A DNA stretch of 64,000 nucleotides from Camelus dromedarius (Eukaryota), in assembly GCF_036321535.1 (NCBI RefSeq), contig NC_087436.1:111416001-111480000 (forward strand), written 5' to 3'. Positions 11,711 to 24,557 of this stretch are shown in pieces. The notes beneath the pieces were generated by a model. The model did not search any database, was not told the origin of the DNA, and saw nothing but the letters and a program-made list of their open reading frames with translations. Numbering within the stretch: position 1 is the first letter of the stretch; each line of letters starts with the position of its first letter. The translations under genes and the position numbers were made by a program.

Positions 11711-11847
11711 AAATTCTGTGTCTAACTATTTGAGGAGTCTTTTTGGATTCTTGATACTACCTTTCAAGGTGATATTATCCAACTTTTACAGGAAAGGAGA
11801 TGGGGGCTCAGTAAGGCTGGGACTGACTTTTTTTCAAAGGCATCGAA

Positions 11848-12105
11848 TGCTGTGTCTGAATGTTTGTGTCCCGCCCCAAATTTACGTGATCATATGCTGA
11901 AATCCTAATGCCCAGTGTGATGTATTAGGAGATGGGGCCATTGGTAGACGAGCCCTTATTTGTAGGGTTGGTGCCCTTGTAAGAGTGACTCCAGTGAGGT
12001 CCCTAGCCCCTCCACTGTGTGAGGACACAGCGAGGAGTCAGGGACCCGGAAGAGGGCTCCCGCTGACCCTGCAGGCACCTTGGTCTTGGACTTACAGCCC
12101 CTGCA
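11848..12105 (+). mobile_element. Partial MLT1A-like MaLR LTR
   Basis: Starts tgctgtgtctgaatgtttgtgtcccgcccc and contains gtgaggacacagcgag and accttggtcttggactt. Confidence 0.8.
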
Positions 12106-12289
12106 GGTTTTCATGGTGCCCCTACATCAGAAGAAATGCTTAACAGTGGTTTTATAAGTAGTTAGGTGCTAACAATCTAATAATCACAGTGGGACAGATA
12201 TCGCTATGTTAACCTAGAAACTGGAAACTATCCTGTGGTGTCCCTTGGAATTCCCTGGGGTGCCTTGGTGCAGTTTGACAATGGCCCAT

Positions 12290-13260
12290 GTAGGGTGGTA
12301 GGCATTTTAAGGACCGTGGCTTAGACTTTTGGCATCGTGGGGCTTTTGAGCAAAGGAGTGATACACTTTAAAAGATTACACTGGCTGTTATGTTGAAGAT
12401 AATACTGAGCCTGTTGTGATGATCTTGGCAAGAAATGATGGTGAGGGTGGTAGTGGTGGAGGTGGTGAGGGAAAGTATGTTTTGAAGGTAGAGTCAACAA
12501 CATTTCCCGGTGGATTGACTGTGAGGGAGAGTGAGAGGAATCAGGGATGACTCCCAGGGTTTTGGACATGAGTGGAAGGGAGGATTGCTTTTTTTTTTTT
12601 TTTAAAACAAATGTGATGGAGAAGGCTGTGGCTAGAGCAAGTTTTGTTGGGAGTATCAGGAGGGTAGCTTTGGGCACGTAGATTTGCTCTGTCTCTTAAC
12701 ATCTCAGTGGAGACGTTGAGTGAGCAGTTGTATTTTGAGTGTGGAGTTCAGGAGGGAGATCTGGGGTGGAGATGAAAAACTTGGGGATCATGGGCATATA
12801 GTTGGCATTTACAGCTATGGAACTAGCTGAGATCGCTGTGTGCCAGTGAGGGTCTAGGAGACAGGAACCACACAGTGATGTGAATGGGGCAAGTTTAACA
12901 CAAAGAATTATTGAATAACACGAGATTAACTGTAAAGGACTGAAGAGAACACTGAAGAATACCTTTGGACTGAGTGAGAGGCTGGGATCTGGACCTCGCT
13001 GGAGACAGGGTGAAGGAAAACTGAGAACGTGCTGTCCTAGGAGTAAAGCGAAGAAAGCGTATTGAAAGAGAAGGAGTGAACAGCAGTGCCGGGTGCTGCT
13101 GAGAAGTTAAGTAAGATGAACACTAGAAAGTGACCATCGGACTTAGCTGCTGACAAAAAGTTCCAGTAGAGCAGAGGGGTCAAAGATTAGAGTGAGTTTA
13201 AGAGAGCAGGGGAGGAGGGGAACGGGCATGCAGACATCTTTAACTCAGTGTAGACACTTT
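12290..13260 (-). mobile_element. L2 LINE fragments, interrupted
   Basis: ttaaaagattacactggctg; gaggaatcagggatgactcccagggttttgg; gagttcaggagggagatctggg. Confidence 0.7.
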
Positions 13261-13679
13261 GTTGGAGTCCTCTAAACTTTATCCTTGAACAGAATCTAGA
13301 AAAATCTACCAGCCTCTTGGGTCTGCTTTGTTCTCACAGATATACTTTATTGCTGAAATCCCTTTTTCTAGGGGCGCTGATCTGAGACATGTAATTTACA
13401 GCCTGGTTTATTGCATTTCCCACTTCCCTTCGCCTCAGCTCCCATATGCTCATTTCCTGCCACGCTCCAGAGTGAGGCTTCTGCTCTCTCCCCAGCTGGG
13501 TTCTCACCCGCTCAGAGATCAGCCCGTGCATCCCTGGAAGCTGGGTGTCCACGGCTTCTGGCAGTAGTCAGGGCTGCTTGTCACAGGGCTACAGAGTACT
13601 GGGAAGGTGCCCATGGTGGTCGGGTCCATGAAACAAATGCGGCTTTTTCTTTGGGACCTTCAGCCAGGGTGTAACCTGC

Positions 13680-13900
13680 ACGCAGTAGCAGAATAGAGTA
13701 ATGGTTGCGTAGAAGGACTCTGCGTCAGACTGCCTGCGTTTGCACATGGTTCCTCCACTGCCTTGCTGTAGAACCTTGAGCAGATGCATTAATCTCCCCA
13801 TGTGAGGAATGGGAACAATAAAGGCAATGATCTCGAGGGATTAAACAGCTGAATGATGCCAAGACTGGCACACAGAAATGTTAGGTAGCTAGTTGTTTTA
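13680..13900 (+). mobile_element. MIR SINE
   Basis: actctgcgtcagactgcctgcgttt...ccttgagcagatgcattaatctc. Confidence 0.65.
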
Positions 13901-14249
13901 ATCCTTATTTTTACCCATCTCTAATTTATGTTGAAATATGATAGGAAAATAGTAATCTTGTTCCTTTTAAGAGGGCATCACTTCAGTAGTACTGTCAGCT
14001 GTTTGTTGAGTACCTTCTCAGGGTGAGGCACCGCGCAGGGACAGGGCATGTTAATAACATGCACTTACTTGACAGATGTTTACTGACCTACTACAATTCA
14101 CAAAATGGTAAATAAGAGCTATCTGCCTTAAGCAGCATTTAAAGTCTTGCTGGGAGAGAAACAGGAGCACAAAGATCTAACATTTATTGTTTACTGGGTA
14201 CCAGGAACTTTGACTATGTTTTCATCTGATCTTCACAGTAACTCTTGGT

Positions 14250-14790
14250 TTGGTGTCGTGGTTTAAGCATCTCCCCAGACACACTGCGTGGTTTTTACCC
14301 GGAGCAGCCCTTCACGCTTGTGGTCCCTGTGGTCCTGGAGCCAGTCCCCGCTGCTGCTGTCCTCTGCCTACACTGCCCGGCAGAGGTGCCTCCTGTACAC
14401 TGGCCAGGTGGCACCCACAGGGACTTAGCTTTCCAGCGGCTGCTAGAGGGGGCCTGACAACCCACCCTGGGGGACGGAACTAGCTGCCACTCTGTGGGAG
14501 GCTGGAGGACCCTGGAGGGAGCCTCTGGATAAACTCTTCCTTCCTGCCTCGGATGGACTCTTTCGAGATGCAACAATTCATTTAGCCCAAGATGAAGACA
14601 TCTTGGAAGACCAAGCCAAACAGCTGTATTTGTCACCCAGCTCCGACTAGCCCAGGAACGCACCACCTAGAATTTGTTTTTTAGCTTTTCCTGCCTCACT
14701 CCCTTTACCCCTTGTTCCTGTTTCCCTGAGATTGCATCGTCCCAAAAGAAAGTGTTAGCACATAAGCATTTTTTTTTCTGTAGGGAGCTC
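14250..14790 (+). mobile_element. Old ERVL-type LTR (subfamily uncertain)
   Basis: TG start and an LTR33/LTR16-like 3' end (ttagcacataagc...ttctgtagggagc). Confidence 0.4.
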
Positions 14791-14809
14791 TAATACTCTG
14801 GGATTTTTA

Positions 14810-15560
14810 TCTATGTATCTACAGATTTACTGAGATATAATTCACATTCCACTTAAATTGTTCAGTTTAATGGCTTTTAGTTTATTCAGAGAGTTGTGGA
14901 AACATTTTCATTATTTCAAAAAGAAAACCTGCCCCCCCAGCATGATGTTTTCGCAGTTCATCCATGTTGTAGCATACATAAGTACTTCATTTTTTAAAAT
15001 TTACCAAATAATATTCTGTTGTATGTTATACCACATTTAGTCTATCCATTCATCAGTTAATAGACATTTGACTTCTTTCCACTTCGGAGCTATAATGAGT
15101 TATACCGCTATGAATATCTGTGTACAAGTTTTTGTGTGGACGTATGTTTGCATTTCTCTTGGGTACGTACCTAGGTAGAGAATTACTGGGTATCATATGG
15201 TAACTCTCTGTTTAACCATTTTAGGAATTGCTAGACTGTTTTCCAAAGCAGCTGCACCATTTTCGATTCCCCCCAGCAGTGTATGATGCTTCAAGTTTTT
15301 AAAAATGTTTTTTATTTTTTACATTTTAAAATTTATTTATGTATTTATTTTACAAATCATATTTTTAGAACTGAAGTATAGTTGATGTATAATATTACAT
15401 GTTATAGGTACACAATATAGTGATTCATGAATTTTTAAAGGTTAGATAGTTATTATAAAATACTGACTCTATTCCCCCTGTTGTGCAATAATACATCCTT
15501 GTAGCTTATTTTATACCTGATGGTTTGTGCCTCCTAGTCCTCCACCCCCATCTTGTACCT
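14810..15560 (-). mobile_element. L1 3' fragments (L1MB-like, then a younger L1 3' end)
   Basis: atccattcatcagttaatagacatttg; ttccaaagcagctgcaccatttt; gaagtatagttgatgtataatatt. Confidence 0.85.
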
Positions 15561-16249
15561 GCTTTGTTTTGGTGCTTCACACACTTTTATCTTGGCTCCT
15601 CTTCCTAATGTATTCTTAAAGGGCCCACATCCAGGGGCAGTTTTTGCAGAAACATATTTTTCCTCTTTTGAGGTCCTCACCACATGAGGAGGAGGAGAAG
15701 GAGGGAGAGAGGAGGAGGAGGAAGAGATGGTGGAGGAGGAAGGACTGGCATAAGGAGTGACTGGCCAGCCACATGGACCAGGGGCCGGGCCAGTGTGTGG
15801 ACTTTGGGGAGGGTGGGTCTCCCACCCCTCTGCGCTCTCTCTGTGGGTCTCCTACCCCCCTGCGCTCTCTCCCTTGTCCTCAGAGAGCAGATTTACAACA
15901 CCCTTGCCTTATGGTCTTGTTTGTCTGTTTCTGATGGTTAGGAACTTAGAGGAGAGAAGGGATGAAGGTTAGATTTCCTTTAGCGCACAAAGCTTTATTT
16001 TCCATTTTGCACCCCCAATCCTCACTGTTCAGGACGTGCTGAACGTGTGGCGAAGGACAGGCTGGAGAAGGTAACTGACCCGTGTGCTACTTGTACTGAT
16101 GCAAGTGAGTGACGGAGCCAGGCGTCCACAGGTCCCCGTCCCCCGTTGCTTATCTGATACTCGGGTTAGAGAGGTAAGGCTGTCCTTTCTCTCTCCCAGG
16201 CTGCAGGGTGATAGACTCAGGGTCACTGTGTTTCCATATTTGTTCCTGC

Positions 16250-16745
16250 CACATAGTAGTGGTGAGACCGTGAGCAACGGGTCAGTCACTGGCCTCCTTT
16301 CTCAGCCCCATTCCTTGCCCTTCTCCATCCTGCTCTGTACTGCAGGGAACTAACTGCCTGTCCCAGGCTCCTTTGCCAGCTGGCTGCCTGTAGGTTTTTG
16401 CTGTGAGGGGCCCTCATGGAAGATTGCAGGGTTGGGGAGGGGAGAAACCACAGTTTCTCTATGTGCCTTCCTGCCTCTGGTGGCATCTCTGGGGGAAGTG
16501 ACATCTTTGGCTCCTACTCGCCAGCCCCTCCCCTTTGGATCCAGCTCCTGGCAGACCTGCCCATGGGGCTCTTCCCTCCGACTCTCAGCCCTGGGGTAGC
16601 AGTGGCTTTCCACTGTTGCTAATCTTTGGGTCACTTCACTATCCCCTGTTTGGATTCTGGATTTTTCCATCTCCTAAATGACTCATTCCCTTTATGAAAT
16701 CCTCCCCTGTTTGAGTAGTTTCTGTTTGCTGGCTGACTAATGCAG
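16250..16745 (+). mobile_element. Old ERVL-type LTR (LTR16-like)
   Basis: tttgccagctggctgcctgtaggtttt and 3' end agtagtttctgtttgctggctgactaatgca. Confidence 0.45.
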
Positions 16746-17156
16746 TTTCCTCATCTGTAAAATGGGAATGATCAGATCTGCTTTAGACACACACTAGACA
16801 GGAAATCCTACTCAGCCTTCTGCTGTCTTGGGGTCCAGACCAGCCTGTGTGCAGGGGAGTATGGGTGGACACCTGATGTGTTTCTAGAATGTTCTTAGCA
16901 CTGAGAGAGTGTGTCCTAGGGAGTACTCCTAAGTTAAGCAAGTCCCTTTCTGGCCTCTGCCTCAGTTTCCTAGATACACGTTTGCTCCATTTTCAGGGAA
17001 GATTTCTGACTAAAATTTTTGCAAATTATGTCATATCTGGATAAATTCATTTGAACTAGAAATCTGAGTGAGAGAAAAATTAAAATGTCCCACCTCACTG
17101 GTTATTTAAGGAATGCAAACTGAGACAATGAGATGGCAGTAGTAATAGTTAACAAA

Positions 17157-17694
17157 GGTAGGGGAGCAAAATTTGCTGCACTAAATTGTATCTCTTTGGC
17201 ATGAGGATTATTTTAGGCTGATTATCTTTAAGAAGAAGAAGACTTGGGAAGTCGTTCTTTTTACCTCCCTCTTAGCTGCCTAAAGATAAAGGGCTTGTTT
17301 CCAGAACAGAGCTACCACCAGAGATATCTGCAAAGACTGTGGGCTGAGAGTGGTGGGAGATCAGAGGCCACTCTGTGTCCCATGGTCTCTGCATTGACCC
17401 CAGCAAACATTTATCAAACGTTTGCTTTTCTATCTTGCTGTGGATTGTCTTTCTCCGTTTTGAAGCCTGAAACCACGACCTCCCACATCCTTTTTCATCT
17501 TTAGCTAAAGACGGTATTCAAGGTGAAGGCTTTGACCACTTTGGTGAATTACTGTTTTCCTGGGTCTCTCCCATGTATACACATTATTAAACTTTTATTT
17601 GATTTTCTCCTGTTAATCTGTCTCATGTCAATTTACTTCTTAGATCAGCCAGAAGAACCTAGAAGGGTACAGGAAAATTTCTTCCTCCCTAACA
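17157..17694 (+). mobile_element. Solo ERV1 LTR (MER34/MER39-like)
   Basis: Starts (g)gtaggggagcaaaatttg, has an ATTAAA signal near 17586 and ends ttcttcctccctaaca. Imperfect 4-bp flanks caaa/gaaa. Confidence 0.7.
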
Positions 17695-17706
17695 GAAACT
17701 AGCAAC

Positions 17707-17863
17707 ATTTTTTTTTTTTTTGAGGAGGGTAAGTAATTAGGTTTATTTATTTATGTTTAAATTAAATTTTATTTTTTTAATGGAGGTACTGGGGATTGAA
17801 CCCAGGACCTTGTGCATGCTAATAAGCATACACTTTACCACTGAGCTTTACCCTCCCCTACTG
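17707..17863 (-). mobile_element. tRNA-Ala-derived SINE (vic-1 type)
   Basis: ggaggtactggggattgaacccaggacc...accactgagctttaccctcccc with a poly-T tail. TSD ctagcaac at 17699-17706 and 17864-17871. Confidence 0.85.
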
Positions 17864-18129
17864 CTAGCAACTATTTTTAATGCGTGTACTGACATGTATT
17901 TTTGAACCCTGCTGATGGGAGGGCCAAGAAGAACTTTTTAGGAGAGTAATTTGATGACCTCTATCAATACTCTTAAAATTTTATACCTTTGACCCAGTAA
18001 TCCCATATCTTAGATTCCACAAAATAATCAGAAACAAGGACAAAAAATTATAACATATATTAATTCCTGCATCATTAATAAAAGACTGACAATAGAGTAC
18101 TTGTAAGTAATTGTCATAGTGCTTTTATT

Positions 18130-18350
18130 GAGAACTTTCTATGCTGTAGGTATTGCTTTACACGGATTAACCAATCCTCACAATTTTATTGTGGAAGCTC
18201 CTATTTTTATGTCTCTTTTACAACTGAGAAGAATGAGGCACAGAGAGAAGTTACTTGCCTAAGTCTACATGGTTAGGAGGTAGTGAGAGCCAAGATTTGA
18301 ACAGGCATTCAGACTACAAAGTTTGTGCTCTCAGCCAATATGTTATACCA
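18130..18350 (-). mobile_element. MIR SINE
   Basis: gaatgaggcacagagagaagttacttgcctaag. Confidence 0.7.
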
Positions 18351-18439
18351 GCCTGCAAATAAGTCATACACTTAGCACAATTTAGTTATGCTAGTAACAA
18401 ATATAACACTATTATTAAAGATCACATTTTCAAACAATT

Positions 18440-18640
18440 CTTTCTTTAAATCAAAGTATAGTTGATTTACACTGCTGTGTTTCTGGTGTTCAGGATAGCG
18501 ATTCAGTTATACATCTTTGTATATTTATATTCTTCAGCATCTTCTTTTTCATGATAGATTATTACAAGCTATTGAATATACAGTAGGACCTTGTGTTTAT
18601 CTATTCTGTCTAGAGTAGTTTGTATTCGCTAATCAAAAAT
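18440..18640 (-). mobile_element. Short L1 3'-end fragment
   Basis: aagtatagttgatttacactg...tacagtaggaccttgtgtttatctattc; same family as 10960-11150. Confidence 0.75.
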
Positions 18641-19139
18641 TCTTACTGATATAAGATTATATCTGTTGCTAATAAAAATTTCATGAAGAATGCGTCTCTT
18701 TCCTTTCTTTTTTTAAAACAAATTTATTTCCATGGGCAGTAGCAGATCCAACATTTTGAAAATACTTTTGTGACATCACTTATTTGTAGTGTTTTTTCTG
18801 AGTTCACTGTTTTCCTATTTGATCTTCCAAACCAGACTTCTCGGGGAGGCAGGTGACTGGGCTTGCCATTTAATCAGCAGCTGGTAAGCAGCAGGGGCTG
18901 AGCCAGCATTTCAGCCCATGGTGATGGTGGGCTTTTAGCAGCTCATGACTTCTAAGGGTAGAAACTGAAAAAGCTCAGATGAGAGGAGTTTTTCAAATGT
19001 CCACTTGGTGGAGCTGTCGGCATAGATGGAAGTGTGATTAGCTTGCTGATCTGCAAGTCATTCCAGAGCTATTTCAGTAACTCTTGGAGATTGACACCCC
19101 AGCCCACTTCCTAGCTCCTTCATATACAATTGTAATTAA

Positions 19140-19410
19140 AAAACTACCAACTAGAAGATGCGTAAGTTCTGGAGCTCTAAGGCACAGCATAAGGATTACA
19201 GTTGACAATGTTATATACTTCAAAGTTCTAAGAGAGTAGATCTTAAATTTTCTTGGCACAGAAAAGAAATGATAATTACATGATGTGATAGAGGTGTTAT
19301 CAAACTCTTCAGTGGATATGGCATCATATTGCAATATACAAGATTATCAAATCAACATGTTGCACATGGTAAGCTTACACAATGTTATATCTCAATAAAA
19401 ACAAAATCTG
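19140..19410 (+). mobile_element. L1 3' end (L1MA-like)
   Basis: ctaagagagtagatcttaaa...atcaaatcaacatgttg...tatctcaataaaaacaaaa. Confidence 0.8.
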
Positions 19411-20629
19411 AAACCCAGAGGCAGTATTTGGTTTAATCATTGCCTGTTGCCCCCATGGGACTGTAAGCTTCCTGGAGGCACTGAATGCCAAGGCTCCCAG
19501 CGATACTGCTTTAGTCCTCCTCTTCCTCTAATTTTAGTTAGTCATCAAAAAGGTCATCTAGGGAGCATATTAAAAATGGACCCTGGAGCCCTCCCTAGTT
19601 CTGAATCATAGTTGTGGGGTGGAGCCATGTCTTAGCTGTCTACTGCTGTGTAAGAAATAGTAGCTTAAAAGAACAGCACTATCTTTCACAGTATCTGTGG
19701 GTCAGAAATTTGGGGGTGGCTAGTTTGGTGGTTCTGGCTCAGAGTCTCCTGTGAAGTTGCTGTGAGATGCCATCTGGTGCTACATTCATTTGAAGGCTTG
19801 ACTGGGGCTGGAACATCCACTTCCGAGGGTGCTGGCACGTTGGTTCCAGGAAGAGTTCAGGATAGGAAGGATGTGCTGGACTGGTCCAGATGTATTCAGC
19901 CACAGGTGCTGTGTGGGAATAGCAGAATTTTAAATGTTTCTTTGGTTGGGTGCATCCCTGCTGGAGTCCTCTGACCACAGCCTCTGACCAGCAACTCTGA
20001 ACATAATTTTCTCCTCCAGCAGGTGTAACACTTGGCTGCTAAGCTTCTGTGGTTCCTGTCTGTGCTGGGCCACTTTGTTGTTCCAGGCCATTCTCCTGGG
20101 CAGTGTGTCTTTCCAGATCCCTCGAGGCTGGCTCCTTCCCATATGGCTCACATCTGGCTTGTGGGAAAACATGAACCTTTGCCTCCTCTCCCTCCCCATC
20201 TCTGTGAGTGACGGGAACGGAAGTGTCACAACTCTCCAGTGATCCTCTCCCAGGACACTGTCTCTCCCTCACCAATCTCTCCCCTGTCACAAGCTAGAGG
20301 TGGTGTTCACAGCCTCTGGTGGTGACTTCCAGGCTCTTGGTGGGCCCTGCACAAGTGATCTAGGGCTGAGCTTGGGAATGTGAGGACCTGGTACATATCA
20401 TGTTCTCAGCCTGTGGGTATCAACAGAAAAACTGATACACCAGGTCCCTTCTGGCGTCCTGCTCCATGCCTCCAAACTCCAACATTACAGCTTCCCGAGT
20501 CCCTGGGAGCCACTTGATCCTTTCCACCTGGGTGTCCCAGAGGCAGCCTGAACATGGCATGTCAGGGCTCAGTGTCCAACACTGTCTTAGTCCGTTCTGG
20601 CTGCTGTAACATGGCTCCCAAATTACCAC

Positions 20630-20878
20630 GTGGTTACCTCGCCACCAGCCAATCAGAAGGATGTCCCTGAGCTGATCGCACACCCTTCAAGCCTCTCCCT
20701 CACACTGTCTTTAAAAGTCTTTCCCTAAAAGCCATTGGTGGGGAGTTTGGGTCTTAGAAGCATGCACTTCCTGTTCTCCTTGCTTGGCACCTGCAATAAA
20801 TGCTGTACTTCCCTTCACCACAACGCGGTGTCAGGAGATTGGCACTGGGCAAGAGGACTCAAGTTTGGTTGGGAAACA
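20630..20878 (+). mobile_element. 3' half of an ERV1-type LTR
   Basis: In LTR order: agccaatcag (CCAAT), a tttaaaa TATA-like box, caataaa, and a terminal ...ggaaaca. Confidence 0.6.
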
Positions 20879-21859
20879 CTCTCCCTCTCCTCCATCCAGT
20901 CACTCACTAAATCCTACTGATTTTAGCTCCCAAACAAGTGCCTTGACTGTGTCCTTCCTTGGCCTCTGCCCTCCACTCTCCTGGCGTTGCGCATGCTCAG
21001 CCATTCATCGGCCTTTTCTCCACCCCTGGAGAATTTCATGTAGATTTGATGTGGCCAGCCACTCCAGGAACCTTTATATGATGACATCTCATCTGTTTGA
21101 CCAAGGCTGAGCTGTGTTCGGTGTCCCTCCTCTGATCCTATGATTTCTTCTGCCATCATTGAACACCCCTTGTGCCCAGCCTTGCATTCCGGCCTTAGCT
21201 GGGACTGCCAGCTCCGAGCATGTGCAAGCTGCCCACACTTCCTCAGCTGTCCTGCTTGTTTTGCTTTCTGCCCTTGGGTTTGCCTGACCCGAGGCTCAGG
21301 ATGCCTGCAGAAATGTGCCAGGCACTTGCACGTGCACAAATCTGGGAGGCCTGCTCTAAGGGTAAACTTGTGTTCACTGGGACACAGAAGCTGGTAGATG
21401 AACGTCCCCTCTTCTGTCCTCCAGGTAGTCAATATGAGTCACATTCCTGTAGCTTCTTAGAGTGTCCCAGTGGGATAGAGCTTCAGTTGCTTGGATGAAA
21501 TATCATATGCTGGTTTTCCCTTCTGCCCCATGTCACTCTCCCCAGGTCCCCTGCCCCCTGTTCTCTCAGACCACATCACAAAATAAACTAATGCCTACAA
21601 TCCCTTACCTTAGGCTTGCTTTTTTTTGGGGAAATCAAATGATCTTTAACTCTACCACTGTCTTTGCCAAAATTAAAAATATAATAATTATTTGTCTATA
21701 TTTCTTTCTCTTCCTCTGGACTACAAGGTATTTTCAAGACAGTGCCTTATTTATCATCCATGTAGTTCATAATTGATGCTCGTTAAATGAATGGATCAGA
21801 GGTAGAAGGAATATGATGAGTTTACAGACGGTGGTTAAGGGGCATTGGGGGCATTGTAC

Positions 21860-22030
21860 CGTTTGTAAGATGCTTTTCATGCTTCATCTTAACTCGACAA
21901 CAACTCTAGGAGGTAGGGGCTACTATTATCCCCATTTTACAGATGAGGAACAAGCTTAGAGAGGTTAGGTAACTTACCCAAAGTCACAAAGCTAGGGAGA
22001 AAAGTCAGGATTTTGAACTCTGATTTCCAG
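21860..22030 (-). mobile_element. MIR SINE
   Basis: tattatccccattttacagatgaggaa...ttagagaggttaggtaacttacccaaagtcaca. Confidence 0.85.
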
Positions 22031-23413
22031 GTTGGCCTCTGAGCTACGGTGTTGTGGGGGAAATACGGAATCTTGTATTATTGGAGCATAAAGTGCTGGG
22101 GGGCGGCTGCACAAAAAGGAGGTTGTCTTGGTTGGTAGGGGCTGGATCATGAAGGATCTTTGTTCAGTGAATTTTATCTTGCTGGCAATGGGGGACCTCG
22201 GAACACTTAAAACATTTTCTCATTGTGAAGGCCGCCCACAAGGGGGCAGGCATTGGCAATAGATGAGAACACTGGTGGGGAAAACCAGCGTGTGAAACTG
22301 GGTTCAATTTTCTTTCCTCCCGGGGCCTCGGCTCAGCTCTGGGAGTAGGTTGAAGATCAATAAGTAACCTCAAGCCCTGGAGACTTGCTACTGCTCATGC
22401 TGGATTTTTTCTCCTTCCCTGCCTTCCCTCCTCCTTTCTGCTCACCCTTTCTCCCCCGCATTCCTCTTGTGTTACTTTCTTCACTGCCCAGTTCGCTTGC
22501 ACACTGGTGACAACACATGAGCAACCCAACAATTCGGATCGCTGGAGCTATGGGAAAAGGACTTGTCCCAGTCAATGTGTCAGGAGTCCCTGTCAAGCTT
22601 CCATCACCTGGACATACTAGGAGATGGTTATGGATTCCGATTCAGGCCTCACTGACATGTATTGATACCCACTGTGTGCCAGGCGTGGTGCTGGGAGTGC
22701 AAGCCCGTGTTATTTCACTGAATCTTCACAACGTTACTTTGAACTAAGTAGGATTTCCCCTATTTACAAATAAGGCAATTGCGACTCAGAGAGGTTAAGA
22801 TCATGCCACTGGCAGGTCACAGAGACATGATTTAAGTCAGATTTTGGACTTCTACTCCGGCGTTCCTGCCATTAAACCGCACTAGACTGCTTGATTTGTC
22901 TCCGCCTCCTGACGTGAATGTGGTTCAGGGTGACCTGTGTGGGGAGGGGAGAGATGTCAGGCAGCTTTTCTCTCCAATGTCAGCTAAGCTCAGTGCACAG
23001 ATGCTCCAGAGGGAAAAAGAGAGGAATGGGGAGCAGGGGCCATCATCACCCTAAACTTCAGCTTCCTGACTCCAAGTCGAGGCTGGAGGGCTCAGTAAGT
23101 GGAACAGACCTAAGGAAGCAGAGAGTGGAAACCTTTGGCCAACCTGGTGGCCTGTGATCCCTTGCTCAGAGAGGGACTGTCCTGGATGATCCCGGTGGCC
23201 AGCATAAGGCTGGGGGCCAATAAATATTTCTCCCACTGAACCCTTTGAATAGACGGGAAGACTAAGGACCAGGGGTCTGGAAGTGACGAGTCTAAGGTCA
23301 ATGAGCAGAAGAGCCAGGTGTGGATCTCTGGTCTCTCATCTCGGGGGCTTTGTCTCCTTACACCAGTTTTTCAAAGTGCGGTTTGAGCTGTTCCTTTAGG
23401 GCAGGTGTGCTAG

Positions 23414-23900
23414 CAGAACTCTCAACACTCAACAATAAGAAAACAATAATCCAATCAAAAAAGGGACCAAAGACCCCAACAGGCCCCTCATCAAAGAAGA
23501 TATAAAGATGGTGAATCAGCATATGAAAAGATGCTCCATGTCCTGTGTCATCAGGGAAACGCAAATTGAAACAACAATGAGAGGGGAGGGGCGGAGATGA
23601 ATGGGCAGAGCACAGAGGATGTTAAGGGCAATGAAAATACTCTGTAGCATATTATAATGATGAATTCCTGTCACTGTACATTTGCCCAACCCCACAGAAC
23701 CCTTAGGTAAACTATGGACTTTGAGTGATTATGATGTGTTACTGTATGCTCATCCTTTATTAAAAAAAGTACAACTCTGGTGATTGATGTTGCTAATGGG
23801 GGAGGCTGTGCACGTGTGGGGGCCGGGGCATGAGACAAGTCTCTGTACCTTCCTTCCAATTTTATTGTAAATCTAACACTGCTCTGAAAAAATAGTCTTT
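23414..23900 (+). mobile_element. L1MC-like 3' fragment with an internal deletion
   Basis: gaactctcaacactcaacaataagaaaacaataatccaatc (ORF2 end) joined to 3' UTR (aaactatggactttgagtgattatgatgtg). Confidence 0.8.
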
Positions 23901-23934
23901 AAAGATACATTACAGAAATAAAATATTACATAAA

Positions 23935-24557
23935 ATATCAGTTTCTTATAGCTGCTCTACCAGATTATCACAAGCTTAGTGACTGAGAGCAATCCCAATT
24001 TATTAATTTCTGGTTTTGGAGTCAGAAATCCTAAAATTAAGGTATCAGCAGGGCTGTACTCCTTCTGGAGGCTCTAGGGTACAGCATCCCCTAGAAATTT
24101 AGATGATCAATTATTCTTTCCATAATAGTCACTTTGGTATTGTATCTTAAAAGGCATCACCATACCCAGCGTCATCTAGGTTTTCTCCTCTGCTGGGAGT
24201 TTTTATAGTTTTGCATTTTATGTTTCGGTCTGTGATCCATTTTGAGTTGATTTTTGTGAAGGGTGTAATTTGTTTCCTTGCCTTTTCCAGGTTTGAAAGT
24301 TGCCCTCCTTGGCTTGAAGCCCCAACCTCTGCTTCTGTTGTCCCATCTCCTTTTTCTGACTTTGACCTCCTGGCCTCCCTCCTACAGGGTACCTTGTACT
24401 TACATCGGGCTCACCCGAATAATAAAGGATAATTTCTTAATTTCCAGATCCTTAACTTAATTATATCTGCAAAATCCCTTTTGCCATGTGAGGTAGCACC
24501 ATCACAGGTGCTGGGACTAGGACGTAACCATCTTTGGGGGACCATTACTCCGTCACA
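23935..24557 (-). mobile_element. MLT1C/D-like LTR interrupted by an L1 fragment (~24100-24270)
   Basis: cagggctgtactccttctggaggctctaggg; atctgcaaaatcccttttgccatgtgagg. Confidence 0.75.

Noticed and set aside
14396..14456. Two CTCF-like motifs (ggccaggtggcac, ctgctagagggggc) in an old LTR
   Set aside because: Each has mismatches at informative core positions and is too weak without binding data.
16033..16070. Exon-like segment (ctgttcag|gacgtg...gagaag|gtaact) downstream of QDPR
   Set aside because: It lies beyond the polyA signals and would stop after three codons if joined to exon 6. Such pseudo-exons are common and no transcript evidence is available.
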